From: a virus
Strand: one strand, 5' to 3'
UHGV virus genome: UHGV-0253196
DNA: 64,000 nt
The position numbers and the translations under genes are program-made. The notes under the pieces are model-generated. The model was given only the letters and a program-made list of their open reading frames with translations, was not told where the DNA came from and ran no database searches. The number at the start of each line of letters is the position of its first letter. Within the stretch, counting starts at the first letter, position 1. This document shows positions 26,600-35,915 of this stretch, piece by piece.

Positions 26600-29248
26600 G
26601 TGTTAAAAGTAAAACCCGTAGGAAAAGAAAGACACCTATATTTATCAGAGTGCGCGACATTAACAAACCCCACCAAGAAAGAAGTAAAATCAATTAAATC
26701 GGCAACCACCTTTACGAATCCAGCATATGAGCGGGCAAAGAAATATACTCATTACACGTCCTATAAGATTCCCCAAACACTATGCTTTAGTAGTGTAGGT
26801 TATTTTAGAGGTGTTCCAGCTATCAGATTCCCTATAGGTCTTAGATTTGAGGTATCAGAAGACAGACCGATACATAAGGTCATAGACTACAGGGTGTTTG
26901 AAAAACCAAAACATAGACCGCCAGAGTTTAAATTAACTTTGCGGGAAGACCAAGAAAGAGCGTTGCTACAGTACGTGAGTATAAACGCATGGCAAGAAAA
27001 ACAGCCTTGTGGTCTTGTACAGTTGCCGACCGGGAAAGGAAAGACTATATTATCTTTAGCGATAGTGAATGAGTTTAAGTTAAAGACGTTAGTCATAGTG
27101 CACACCAATGGTCTTGTTAAAGCCTGGACTGACGATATAAAGAAAGCCTTTGATGGTAAAGTTGTGCCGGGTCTTATAAAAGCTAAAAGCAAGACTGTAG
27201 GGGACTATATAACCATAGCAACCATACAGACGCTTAATAACATACCAGAGGACGAATTAGAGACCTTATTTGATACCTTTGGGCTTATTATACAGGACGA
27301 GTGCTTGGTTGGTGATACCTTAATCACCATGCAAGACGGTTCATATAAACCCATTAGAGACATTAGAAACGGGGATAAAGTTGCTGTAGGCGGCACCGTT
27401 AGTAATGTGTTTAGTAGGAAGTCTGAGATATATGAATTAGTATGCAGACATTCCACTATAAAAGGTAGTCCTACACACAAGACATGGTGTGTTAAAAAGA
27501 AAAACGATAAACACAATTACTATAGTAAGGAAGACCTTGTACAACTTCCGCTAAAAGACATAACCACGGACTATTTAATACCTGTTAGAGTAGAAGAACC
27601 AATAAAGAAACCTAACACTTTAGGCAGTAATTTATGTGCTTTTATCGCACTCATAATCTGTAGTGGACACCTAGATAAAAAAAGTAATCGGGTTGTTGTA
27701 AATGTATCAAAAAACACTGACTTCTATAGAAGTGTATTTGAAGAAGGGTGTAAGTGTTTTGGTGTTACTGCAAGTACCAGTTATGATTGCCGAGGAAACT
27801 TAAGAATGTGGACAAACAACATAGATATAAGATATTTTCTTGAAACCACTATGAATATAAACAAAGGTAAAAAGAACAATGTTGTTAGTGTCCCACGCTG
27901 GATACTTAATGCGTCAAACACAGAGGTTAAATCCTTTATAGAAACGTGTTTTAACTGTAGCGGTGATTTACAGGAAAACAAAGCAATGCACTTTAACTGC
28001 GCGTCACAATCGTTTTCTATGGGACTTGTGTTATTACTTAAAAGGTTTGGTGTATTAAGCACTATTCACTGTGTTAATAAACGTAAAGGTGTTAAAATTC
28101 AATACCGTGTTACTGTAGGAGGTAAGAACTTTAATAAGTTTATGGACACATTTAATCTGCTGTCATATAAAATGACCGATAGCAGAAATACAGGTAAACG
28201 CACGTTCAATAACAGATATGCGGGTAACTACTTTCTTAGTGATGTAGTGAGTTGTAAGTCTTTAGGTTACACAGAGGACGTATATGATTTCACTGTGAGT
28301 AAAGATAACCATAGTTTTATAGCAAATGGCGTTCTAACTCATAATTGCCATCACTGCCCTAGTACAAGCTATGAGTTAGTGAATAGATTCAGAGCCACCT
28401 ATAGATTAGGTCTCACAGCAACACCAGAAAGAAATGACGGTCTCACATTCTTAATGACTTTATATTTTGGCGGGTTCTGTTATGAGTACAACAAAGAGTT
28501 ACAGAAAGACCAGAAGAAAGACAAAGACATTTTACCCTTTGAGGTGATACACCGGGCCATGAAATATTCCTTTACGCCTATGTTACGTCCAGTGGGACAA
28601 AGAGGGTATAAAGTATTGCCATTTGACTATCCCGTGAATAAATATGGCCCGGAAGATATACCTATTGATTCTATACCTTATAGAGACAGACCGAAAGTAA
28701 AGTACAACGAGGTATCAGACCTTGTGATGTTAGATGAAAATAATATCAAACAGGTGTTACATGATGTGTATACAGAAGGTGTTATTAATAACCGTAGTTG
28801 TGTGGTGTTCTTTACCAGTCGTGTGCACTGTGAACACTATTTCCAGAAGTTCAAAGAAATGGTGACACGCACCACTAGGTATACGTCTGGGAATACAAAG
28901 TTTAGTAATATAGCACAGTTATACACAGGTGCCACAAAAGATGATGAAACGTGTTTAAAACGTGCAATAGACCGAGAAGTGATAGTTACCTTCACCACCT
29001 TTGGTAAGAGCACAGAGGGGACTAATATACCGTGTTTAGAAGTAGCGTTTTTAGTTACGTCTATTAATGACGGTAAAAACACCGAACAGGCCGTAGGACG
29101 TATTCGCCGCAAATGTGACACCTACCAGAAATTAGGGCGCGTAAGAGTGTATGACTATGACTATAACAAAGTGTATATGTTGAGGTCTCACTACAGAACA
29201 CGACTTGAAAGATATAAGACCTTGAAAGGTAAAATCATTGATGTATAA
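26600..29248 (+). CDS. SF2 DNA helicase (ResIII/DEAH-like) precursor containing an intein
   Basis: GAGAGGTG RBS and GTG start. Motif I QLPTGKGKT. Motif II IIQDE|CHH is split by a 348-aa insert. Motif III LGLTATPER. Motif VI QAVGRIRR. Confidence 0.75.
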   Translation: MLKVKPVGKERHLYLSECATLTNPTKKEVKSIKSATTFTNPAYERAKKYTHYTSYKIPQTLCFSSVGYFRGVPAIRFPIGLRFEVSEDRPIHKVIDYRVFEKPKHRPPEFKLTLREDQERALLQYVSINAWQEKQPCGLVQLPTGKGKTILSLAIVNEFKLKTLVIVHTNGLVKAWTDDIKKAFDGKVVPGLIKAKSKTVGDYITIATIQTLNNIPEDELETLFDTFGLIIQDECLVGDTLITMQDGSYKPIRDIRNGDKVAVGGTVSNVFSRKSEIYELVCRHSTIKGSPTHKTWCVKKKNDKHNYYSKEDLVQLPLKDITTDYLIPVRVEEPIKKPNTLGSNLCAFIALIICSGHLDKKSNRVVVNVSKNTDFYRSVFEEGCKCFGVTASTSYDCRGNLRMWTNNIDIRYFLETTMNINKGKKNNVVSVPRWILNASNTEVKSFIETCFNCSGDLQENKAMHFNCASQSFSMGLVLLLKRFGVLSTIHCVNKRKGVKIQYRVTVGGKNFNKFMDTFNLLSYKMTDSRNTGKRTFNNRYAGNYFLSDVVSCKSLGYTEDVYDFTVSKDNHSFIANGVLTHNCHHCPSTSYELVNRFRATYRLGLTATPERNDGLTFLMTLYFGGFCYEYNKELQKDQKKDKDILPFEVIHRAMKYSFTPMLRPVGQRGYKVLPFDYPVNKYGPEDIPIDSIPYRDRPKVKYNEVSDLVMLDENNIKQVLHDVYTEGVINNRSCVVFFTSRVHCEHYFQKFKEMVTRTTRYTSGNTKFSNIAQLYTGATKDDETCLKRAIDREVIVTFTTFGKSTEGTNIPCLEVAFLVTSINDGKNTEQAVGRIRRKCDTYQKLGRVRVYDYDYNKVYMLRSHYRTRLERYKTLKGKIIDV
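27302..28345 (+). mobile_element. intein (Hint domain + homing-endonuclease-like insert) within helicase motif II
   Basis: Starts CLVGDTLITM (block A) and has GSPTHKTW (block B). Ends DVYDFTVSKDNHSFIANGVLTHN followed by a +1 Cys. The middle carries two degenerate LAGLIDADG-like motifs (LCAFIALIICSGHL, SFIETCFNCSGDL). Confidence 0.65.
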
Positions 29249-29319
29249 CTATGTTCATATTGACTAATACTTATAATGAAGCTATAATTAACGTTAGTAT
29301 AATTTAAGGAGGTAAAATT

Positions 29320-29805
29320 GTGGCATTAAGCATAAGGGACATAAAAAGACAGACCTTAGAAGGTAAAGTAGCACGTTACGACCAGATAAGGTCACAGATG
29401 AAAGCACTCAGCGAGGAAAAAGACGAATTGTCCAAAGAGATTAAAGAGTTTGCGTCCAAAGAGGGTGTTAAAGATTCCTCCGGGTCTTATTACTATGACA
29501 ATGACGGGTTTGTGTTCGGCAGTGTTGCAAAGACCGTGAGAAAGATAAACCAGGAGAAAGCGATTGCCTTTTTTAAAGAAATGGGTTATTTAAGGTGTAT
29601 CAAGAAAGTAGAAGTTGTCAATGAAGCCATGGTAGAAAGATACCTTGATGAAGGTAAGTTGACTGTAGAAGACCTGGAAGACATAACAGACAGCACAACA
29701 ACCTACAGTGTTTCAGTAACACGCAAGGAAGAAATGCCAGAGGTTGAACAGACCTCTTTCTCCATGGCGGCGTCCAGAAAACCAAAGTTAAGAGTAAGGA
29801 GGTAA
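29320..29805 (+). CDS. hypothetical coiled-coil protein
   Basis: AAGGAGG RBS and GTG start. 161 aa. Confidence 0.45.
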   Translation: MALSIRDIKRQTLEGKVARYDQIRSQMKALSEEKDELSKEIKEFASKEGVKDSSGSYYYDNDGFVFGSVAKTVRKINQEKAIAFFKEMGYLRCIKKVEVVNEAMVERYLDEGKLTVEDLEDITDSTTTYSVSVTRKEEMPEVEQTSFSMAASRKPKLRVRR

Positions 29806-29810
29806 TGTAT

Positions 29811-30146
29811 ATGCCATTCAAAGGGCCTGTCAAAGTTAAAGTACCGTCTGGTGAAGTAGTGAATTGCTACTATTTATATGAGTTAGCAGAGAGACTAGGT
29901 AGACAGTCCCAGACAGTGAGAAAGTGGGAGATTGCAGGGACTATACCACAAAGCGGGTTCCGTGATAAATTTAATTGCCGTCTGTATTCCGAGGAACAAA
30001 TGCAGATTATAATTGAAGAAGCGGAACGCGCCCATTTAAGACCGGGTAGACACCCCGCACACACTACGTTTGCTATGCATGTAAGTAGACGCATGAAGGA
30101 GTTATCAGACCGTTACATGACACCAAAGAAAAGTGTTGCGGTATGA
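29811..30146 (+). CDS. putative HTH DNA-binding protein (MerR/excisionase-like helix)
   Basis: AAGGAGG RBS. ELAERLGRQSQTVRKWEIAGTIPQ resembles a MerR-type recognition helix. Confidence 0.4.
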   Translation: MPFKGPVKVKVPSGEVVNCYYLYELAERLGRQSQTVRKWEIAGTIPQSGFRDKFNCRLYSEEQMQIIIEEAERAHLRPGRHPAHTTFAMHVSRRMKELSDRYMTPKKSVAV

Positions 30147-30175
30147 AATAAATTTGTAGAAGGGAAAGAATAAGT

Positions 30176-30307
30176 ATGAAATTTAAAGAAGCATATAGAC
30201 TTATGAGAGAAGACAAGAAAGTGAAGTTGCCTAGCTGGTCTGGATTTTGGTGTTGGGATAAAACAAAGAAAGTATTATCATGCACACTAAAGAAGGAGAA
30301 GTGTTAG
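30176..30307 (+). CDS. DUF2829 (Tad2-like) N-terminal fragment. Appears frame-shifted relative to the downstream ORF
   Basis: MKFKEAYRLMREDKKVKLPSWSG matches the N-terminal motif of the DUF2829 family (from memory). 43 aa, then a stop inside the next ORF. Confidence 0.35.
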   Translation: MKFKEAYRLMREDKKVKLPSWSGFWCWDKTKKVLSCTLKKEKC

Positions 30308-30633
30308 ACATACGAGACACCAAGAACGTAGGGTATACACTTACGAATATCTTTAGTGATGAATGGGAAGAAGCAACACCAATAAACACCCCGCTGATTG
30401 GCGGTTCATTAGCAATGTCATTTGAAACGGCATTAATGTTAATGAAGTGTAAGAAACGTCCTATGAGAAGAAACACCTGGGAAGACGGGACGTATATTAT
30501 TACATGGGACAGTGCAGAAGGACCGAGACTTAAAAAGACTACGGCTAAATCATGTAGCTTTAAAGTATATACACCAACACAAGAAGATATGTTCACAGAT
30601 GATTGGACATATTTTGTACACAAGGAGGACTAA
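30280..30633 (+). CDS. DUF2829 (Tad2-like) protein. Carries the C-terminal remnant of a first domain plus a complete second domain
   Basis: NIFSDEWEEATP (end of a first domain), then MSFETALMLMKCKKRPMRRNTWEDG ... TPTQEDMFTDDWTYFV (a full domain). Its frame is open upstream to 30262. Confidence 0.45.
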   Translation: MHTKEGEVLDIRDTKNVGYTLTNIFSDEWEEATPINTPLIGGSLAMSFETALMLMKCKKRPMRRNTWEDGTYIITWDSAEGPRLKKTTAKSCSFKVYTPTQEDMFTDDWTYFVHKED

Positions 30634-30636
30634 ACA

Positions 30637-30957
30637 ATGAAAGTACCTGTTAAGAAAAAGACTGAGGATAAGGTGAAGAAAAGCATTAAGCAATTAAATG
30701 CACCAAACCTTACACCAGAGGAAACAGAAGCACTTGAAGACATGTTACAGGAGACAGAACCCAGTGGGGTTCCTATTGACCGTCTTAATAAAGTGGTCGA
30801 GTTTGTGTTTAACCGTTTCAATCTGCAAGACAAGGACTATCAAATTGATTCTTATGCAGAGAAGAATGGTAAGGTGAAATTGAGTGTTAGTAATCCGCAG
30901 TACACCGTGGCTGTTACAATCAATGACCGGGAAGAGCACCCAGAACTTGTGTATTAA
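30637..30957 (+). CDS. hypothetical protein
   Basis: AAGGAGG RBS. 106 aa. Confidence 0.5.
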   Translation: MKVPVKKKTEDKVKKSIKQLNAPNLTPEETEALEDMLQETEPSGVPIDRLNKVVEFVFNRFNLQDKDYQIDSYAEKNGKVKLSVSNPQYTVAVTINDREEHPELVY

Positions 30958-30992
30958 CAAAGAGGAATACGCATGGCTGTAAAAGTGATTGA

Positions 30993-31005
30993 GTATGGCA
31001 TAATG
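30993..31005 (+). promoter_or_regulatory. extended -10-like element (TGgCATAAT) at start of an AT-rich mini-gene island
   Basis: Read in the sequence. The region 30958-31760 has lower GC and only mini-ORFs. Confidence 0.3.
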
Positions 31006-31094
31006 ATGGGGTTGCCGTGAATTATGAATACAACATTACAGAGAGAAAACTGAATTGCTATAGAGTCAGCGAATATTAAGATTTGGAGGATTAT

Positions 31095-31241
31095 GTGGAA
31101 GAAAAATGTCTTGATTGTAAATGGTGTGAAATCATTGAGAATGGTGCATATGGATTTTTGGGTGAATCGCTATTGACGTGTGCAATAGATGAAGAAGATA
31201 CGGAAGATATTGCAGTATGCTTTGAACCGAAAGAAAATTAA
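31095..31241 (+). CDS. small Cys-rich protein (48 aa, CxxCxxC)
   Basis: GGAGG RBS 5 nt before a GTG start. Contains CLDCKWC. Confidence 0.25.
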   Translation: MEEKCLDCKWCEIIENGAYGFLGESLLTCAIDEEDTEDIAVCFEPKEN

Positions 31242-31274
31242 AATTTCCGAGAGAACCGGAAGAAAGGAACAGAG

Positions 31275-31556
31275 ATGAAAAAGTCTGATGCGAAATGGAA
31301 AGCGAGAATTTTTAAAGACAAGGTATTAAAACCTGCTATCAAAGACCAATTACAAATTCTTTCTCAGGTGGTGCTTTGTAGCAAAGAATTAAAAATAGAG
31401 TATTACAAAGATGCTGTTTATGCAGATGGAAAGACAAAATTATTTGAACAATACCCATCATGTAAACAATGGGAACATAGATATTGTCCAGCTAAAGGAA
31501 AGAAATATAGGGGTTATGTAACGCCTGGTGGGTATATGTTTTTTTGGAGACAGTGA
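31275..31556 (+). CDS. hypothetical protein
   Basis: 93-aa ORF with a weak RBS (AAAGGAAC). Confidence 0.4.
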   Translation: MKKSDAKWKARIFKDKVLKPAIKDQLQILSQVVLCSKELKIEYYKDAVYADGKTKLFEQYPSCKQWEHRYCPAKGKKYRGYVTPGGYMFFWRQ

Positions 31557-31761
31557 AATAGAAATATATTGTAAAGTGATTGCGGCATTTGCTAGTGAGG
31601 AATCACCATTAATCATTCCTTTTAGCGAAACGTAAATTAGCTAAACTGACATTTTGGAGGATGCGAATGTATCAATATTATATATCGGCGGCAACCAATG
31701 TTGGTTATGTATCTTTTGTGTATAAACTTGATTTTAAGATGGATATAGTAGTGAAGGAGCG

Positions 31762-32109
31762 TTGAAAGTGAAAAGAAAGTTAAGCAACCCACAGTTAAGA
31801 ACACAGACACAGAAGAATGTAAGAAAAGGTAACACCACCGTAACCAGAAAGCGTGACGGTGTAGAAGATTTAATAGAAAAAGGTGCTGTAGCAGAACTTC
31901 CTATTAAGAGACAGTCCAACACAGAACCACTTGTCGGTATGAGTAAGGGTATCACCAAGAATATGCAGAACTATGAAAGCCTGCGACTGGACGTGTGGTA
32001 TAGTGATGTTGTCAGAAAAGGTGAAACACCACAAGACGCATTACAGCGTGTAGAAGCGGTTATAGATACCGTCCTTGAAAACACTGTAGCGTACTATCTG
32101 GACGATTGA
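31762..32109 (+). CDS. hypothetical protein
   Basis: GAAGGAG RBS and TTG/GTG start. 115 aa. Confidence 0.45.
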   Translation: MKVKRKLSNPQLRTQTQKNVRKGNTTVTRKRDGVEDLIEKGAVAELPIKRQSNTEPLVGMSKGITKNMQNYESLRLDVWYSDVVRKGETPQDALQRVEAVIDTVLENTVAYYLDD

Positions 32110-32120
32110 GAGGTGTACCT

Positions 32121-32318
32121 ATGAAATACTCCGATAAAGTGTTAGATGGTGTTAAAAGACTACTCTGGTGCGATTTACACACCATCAACGTTAAGAGACA
32201 GAGAGCAGAAAAGCAGGACAACAAAGAACTTGCTAAAATGTACAAAGACCAGGGAGAATTGATAGCCACACTCATTGCCAATACACCTGGGCTACAGGAT
32301 AAATTAGGCCAGTCATAA
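32121..32318 (+). CDS. hypothetical protein
   Basis: GAGAGGTG RBS before ATG 32121. 65 aa. Confidence 0.4.
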   Translation: MKYSDKVLDGVKRLLWCDLHTINVKRQRAEKQDNKELAKMYKDQGELIATLIANTPGLQDKLGQS

Positions 32319-32334
32319 GACTGGTCTTCTTTTG
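32308..32334 (+). terminator. rho-independent terminator
   Basis: CCAGTC-ataa-GACTGG followed by TCTTCTTTTG. Confidence 0.55.
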
Positions 32335-32375
32335 ACCTTATATGTGTTTATGTGTTAAAATGCTAATATAATAAA
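32332..32375 (+). promoter_or_regulatory. promoter with conserved motif TTGACC-n6-GTGTTTATG ... CTAATAT (copy 1)
   Basis: The same motif appears at 41976-42004. Confidence 0.4.
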
Positions 32376-32400
32376 TAAGTGTGAGAGAGGGGAATTAAAT

Positions 32401-32988
32401 ATGAACGACATTGACGGTCTTTTGAGCGAGTTTAGAAATGCCAGAGGACAGGAGTTAAAGCCGCCCCAAAAGAATGATGGTGTTGTAAACAGCGTACACG
32501 CTGAGTATGACAAGGGTAAGACACATTCCGCAAGCAAGTGGTATAATCATTTTCTTGCACTGTATGACGATATGGAAAACACCATAGACGATTGGACAGT
32601 AAGAGACTTAATGTACTACTTCCGGGAAAAATCCCGTGAGAATGGGTGTAACTATGTTATACACAACATGAGACGTGATATGGGAATCTTCAAGACACTA
32701 TGTAGTAATTTTAGTAATCGGGACATAGTGTTGATGATTGAATTTCTGTATGAGAGCGGGCAAAAGTATTTATCATTAGACACCCTACAGCCTACGGTGT
32801 TATCTAGTAATTGGGTTATTACTATACAACGTGACGCACACCTGTGGTTAGACGATAAGTTTGACCCGGACAAGAAGAACGTTGATAAAAAGAAACCTTC
32901 CTTATATAATAAGAAAGCAACACCTTCCAGAGAGTACACAAAGCCAAACACTGGAGAGAGTAAAGTTAGAATAGGAGCGTGGAAGTAG
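32401..32988 (+). CDS. putative replication initiation / primosome organiser protein (DnaD-like position)
   Basis: GAGAGGGG RBS. 195 aa, immediately upstream of and translationally coupled to the DnaC-like loader. Confidence 0.35.
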   Translation: MNDIDGLLSEFRNARGQELKPPQKNDGVVNSVHAEYDKGKTHSASKWYNHFLALYDDMENTIDDWTVRDLMYYFREKSRENGCNYVIHNMRRDMGIFKTLCSNFSNRDIVLMIEFLYESGQKYLSLDTLQPTVLSSNWVITIQRDAHLWLDDKFDPDKKNVDKKKPSLYNKKATPSREYTKPNTGESKVRIGAWK

Positions 32989-33611
32989 TGAGACCAAGAA
33001 GAACAAGTTACAAACAGTCAAGTCTTTTGATGGTGGGTATTCCTAAAAAATTCTGTGAGTGCACACTAAAAGACTACAACACCTTTGGGTCTACAGACTT
33101 AGTGGCATTGAAAGACTACATTAGATTTTACATTGAGAATGTAGAAGACACTTTCAAAGAGTGCCATGGTCTTTATATGTATGGTAGTAACGGTGTGGGT
33201 AAAACCATGTTAGCGTCTATTATCCTACGTGAAGCATTTATGTGTCGTTTCACTGTCAGACGGTGCACCTTTGCTGATTATATCGCAGAGTACACCAGAG
33301 CGTGGTCTTGCACCGGGAAAGACGAAAAAGACGCAATGGAAGATAACCTGTTTACATACTACAAGGGTGTTGAGTTCCTTGTGTTAGAAGAAGTGGGGAA
33401 AGAGATTGACACAAAGATAGCGCGACCGATATTAGAAGACCTTTTGAGGTATAGAGAAGAAAAGGGCCTTGTAACCATCATGTGTTCCAACATAACCCCG
33501 GAGGACTTCTTTGAGAGATACGGCAACAGTATAATGTCTTTAATGCAGGGTAACATGACCCCTATCGAGATTGTGGGGAAAGACCGCCGAGAAGTTAAAG
33601 ACCACTATTAA
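32988..33611 (+). CDS. DnaC/IstB-like AAA+ helicase loader
   Basis: Walker A YMYGSNGVGKTMLAS and Walker B LVLEEVG. GTG start overlaps the upstream stop. Confidence 0.65.
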   Translation: MRPRRTSYKQSSLLMVGIPKKFCECTLKDYNTFGSTDLVALKDYIRFYIENVEDTFKECHGLYMYGSNGVGKTMLASIILREAFMCRFTVRRCTFADYIAEYTRAWSCTGKDEKDAMEDNLFTYYKGVEFLVLEEVGKEIDTKIARPILEDLLRYREEKGLVTIMCSNITPEDFFERYGNSIMSLMQGNMTPIEIVGKDRREVKDHY

Positions 33612-33622
33612 GGAGGAAAGCA

Positions 33623-33982
33623 TTGTTAAAGCTGAAAGTAAGAAAGAAGGTCTCCGAGACAAAACCGAACACGCATGACTGGGAGTTAATATCCAGTCTT
33701 GCAAGACAGATGGTAGATATTGAGCGGGAGATAAACACCCTCAAAGAGAAGTACAACGAGGTCAGAAAGCAGTTAGCGTGTGCGAAGTACAACAACCTGC
33801 AGTTAGGCAAGAAGTACAGTTACAGGACAGACAAGAGTGTTGTAGAGGGTATATTAAGATACCGCACCACCTACGATAATCGAAACGAATACTTTGAGTT
33901 GCAGGTAGTAAAGAAAGACGGTCTGATAGGTGAAGTAGTCCGCGTAGTGTTAAACCCGGACGGCCTCACTTTGATAGAGTAG
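33623..33982 (+). CDS. hypothetical coiled-coil protein
   Basis: AGGAGG RBS and TTG start. 119 aa. Confidence 0.45.
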   Translation: MLKLKVRKKVSETKPNTHDWELISSLARQMVDIEREINTLKEKYNEVRKQLACAKYNNLQLGKKYSYRTDKSVVEGILRYRTTYDNRNEYFELQVVKKDGLIGEVVRVVLNPDGLTLIE

Positions 33983-33994
33983 TTTGTGGCACAC

Positions 33995-34050
33995 AAATAA
34001 GTATGATATAATAGCGCATAGTGCAAACAACCATTATGCGCTAATTTTAC
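33995..34050 (+). promoter_or_regulatory. extended -10 (TGaTATAAT at 34004-34012) followed by palindrome AGCGCATA-n14-TATGCGCT
   Basis: Read in the sequence. The TGATATAAT element recurs at 37548 and 53886. Confidence 0.35.
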
Positions 34051-34070
34051 ATAGAGAGAAGGTGTTATAA

Positions 34071-34499
34071 TTGTTACACGGAAACATATCTAACCAGTCC
34101 GGCACAACCATAGCGTTCCGCTGTGAAGACTTCCTTATTAAGTTCCACAATGACACATTGACTGATAGAGTTGTGTCTTTCTTTGCGGGTAAAGAGAAAC
34201 GCGCGGAGGTAGATAACAAAGTGTTAAGTGTCATGGAACACTTGTACAGAAACACAGAGTACAACGTGGACTTAGTGATTGAGAGAAAAAACTACACTGA
34301 TAAGCTAAAATCCATGGTAGAAGATATGCCATGTAGTCGTGTGGTGTTGATTGATAGTCTCAATAACATAGGGTCACGCATTTTAATAGGTGATTTAAGC
34401 TACTATGTTGATGACGATTATGAACGTAGGCGGCAGATAAACAGTAACTATGCAGTGACGCTAAACGAACTTAGAAGTATGACAAGAATAGGACGGTAA
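34071..34499 (+). CDS. hypothetical protein
   Basis: GAGAAGGTG RBS and TTG start. 142 aa. Confidence 0.4.
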   Translation: MLHGNISNQSGTTIAFRCEDFLIKFHNDTLTDRVVSFFAGKEKRAEVDNKVLSVMEHLYRNTEYNVDLVIERKNYTDKLKSMVEDMPCSRVVLIDSLNNIGSRILIGDLSYYVDDDYERRRQINSNYAVTLNELRSMTRIGR

Positions 34500-34504
34500 T
34501 CGTT

Positions 34505-35842
34505 TTGAGTGACAAGAACCTAGATAAACTCAATGTTGAGCGGGGTCTTATATCAAAGCTGATAGAGACACGGGACATTGAGACCATAACTACATTAGAT
34601 ATAGACACCAGATTCTTTACCGGGGAACACAGACGGGTGTTCAGCTACATAACAAAGTTTGTGTTAGAGAATGGCGAGGTGCCAACACCACGTGTTGTAA
34701 AGAAGAACTTCCCAAACTACATCATTGAACGATATTACAATGACGACCGGGGAGAAAAGATTTACGGCACAGCAGAACCACTTGACTATTGGTGTTCAGA
34801 GATACGCCGAAAGTTGAAACACAACACCCTTGCAGAAATGATAGAAAAAGCGGGAGAGACGTTAGGTGAATTTGATACTGAGGAAGCGTATAAGCAGATT
34901 AAGAAAGCTATCTCCTATGTTGATAGTGAGGTAGAAATAACTAAGTCGGTAGACATTACAGACAGCACCGATAAGCGAAAAGAAGTTTATGAAAAGAAGA
35001 AGTTAAACCATGGTATTGTCGGTCTTGAAACAGGTATAATACCTTTAGACAGAATCCTAAGAGGTCTTCCAGACGAAACACTGACTATGATAATAGCCAC
35101 CACCGGAGTGGGAAAAACCTTTATGCAAGTTTTAATTGGTTCTTATCTTGCATTAGAGGGTTACAAGGTACAACACTTCATAACTGAAATGTCTGATAAT
35201 CAAATGCGAGACAGGTATGAAATGATGTTGTACTCAATGACCGTGGGACACATAAGCTACAAGCAGTTTAAAGAAGGTAAACTTCCATTTAAGCAGGAGA
35301 AGTCTTACTATGAATTTTTAGACGAGATACTACCAGACATAACCCCGGTGATTCTTACACCCGCAAAGGGTGTTCTTGCAATGAGAGCAGACATAGAGAA
35401 AGAGAAACCAGACCTTGTTATGATTGACGGTGTTTACCTCATGCAAGACGACCAGGGGGCAAAAGACGATTGGTTAAGGGTAGCGCACATTACCCGTGAC
35501 TTAAAGACCGCCTGTAAAGATTTACACCTACCGTTTTTAGGTAACACACAAGCAAGTCAAACTACGTCAAAGAAGACCGGGCCAGGACTTGATTCGATTA
35601 TGTACACACAAGCCATAGGACAAGACTGTGATAACATCATAGCCATGTGGCGTGATGAAGTGATGTATAATGAGAAAGAAATGGGTGTTAAAGTCTTAAA
35701 ACAAAGAGAAGGTGAACAAGGTCAGTTCATAATGACCTGGGACTTTGAGACAATGACCTTTAAGCCCATTTACAGTGTAGACCAAGACGGTAATTCCAAT
35801 CCAGAAGAAGATGAAGACGCAGAAGACGCTTTACTGGATTAA
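34505..35842 (+). CDS. DnaB-like replicative helicase
   Basis: C-terminal RecA-like domain with Walker A TGVGKTFMQV. Motifs MIDGVYL and LGNTQASQ. 445 aa. Confidence 0.75.
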   Translation: MSDKNLDKLNVERGLISKLIETRDIETITTLDIDTRFFTGEHRRVFSYITKFVLENGEVPTPRVVKKNFPNYIIERYYNDDRGEKIYGTAEPLDYWCSEIRRKLKHNTLAEMIEKAGETLGEFDTEEAYKQIKKAISYVDSEVEITKSVDITDSTDKRKEVYEKKKLNHGIVGLETGIIPLDRILRGLPDETLTMIIATTGVGKTFMQVLIGSYLALEGYKVQHFITEMSDNQMRDRYEMMLYSMTVGHISYKQFKEGKLPFKQEKSYYEFLDEILPDITPVILTPAKGVLAMRADIEKEKPDLVMIDGVYLMQDDQGAKDDWLRVAHITRDLKTACKDLHLPFLGNTQASQTTSKKTGPGLDSIMYTQAIGQDCDNIIAMWRDEVMYNEKEMGVKVLKQREGEQGQFIMTWDFETMTFKPIYSVDQDGNSNPEEDEDAEDALLD

Positions 35843-35851
35843 TAGCATTAG

Positions 35852-35886
35852 ACGGTGTTTGAATAGCACCGTTTTTGTTGTATAAT
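35852..35886 (+). terminator. terminator (ACGGTG...CACCGT-TTTTT) overlapping a TTGAAT-16-TATAAT promoter
   Basis: Hairpin and hexamers read in the sequence. Confidence 0.5.
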
Positions 35887-35915
35887 GACACATATTTGAA
35901 AGAGAGGTGATTGTA

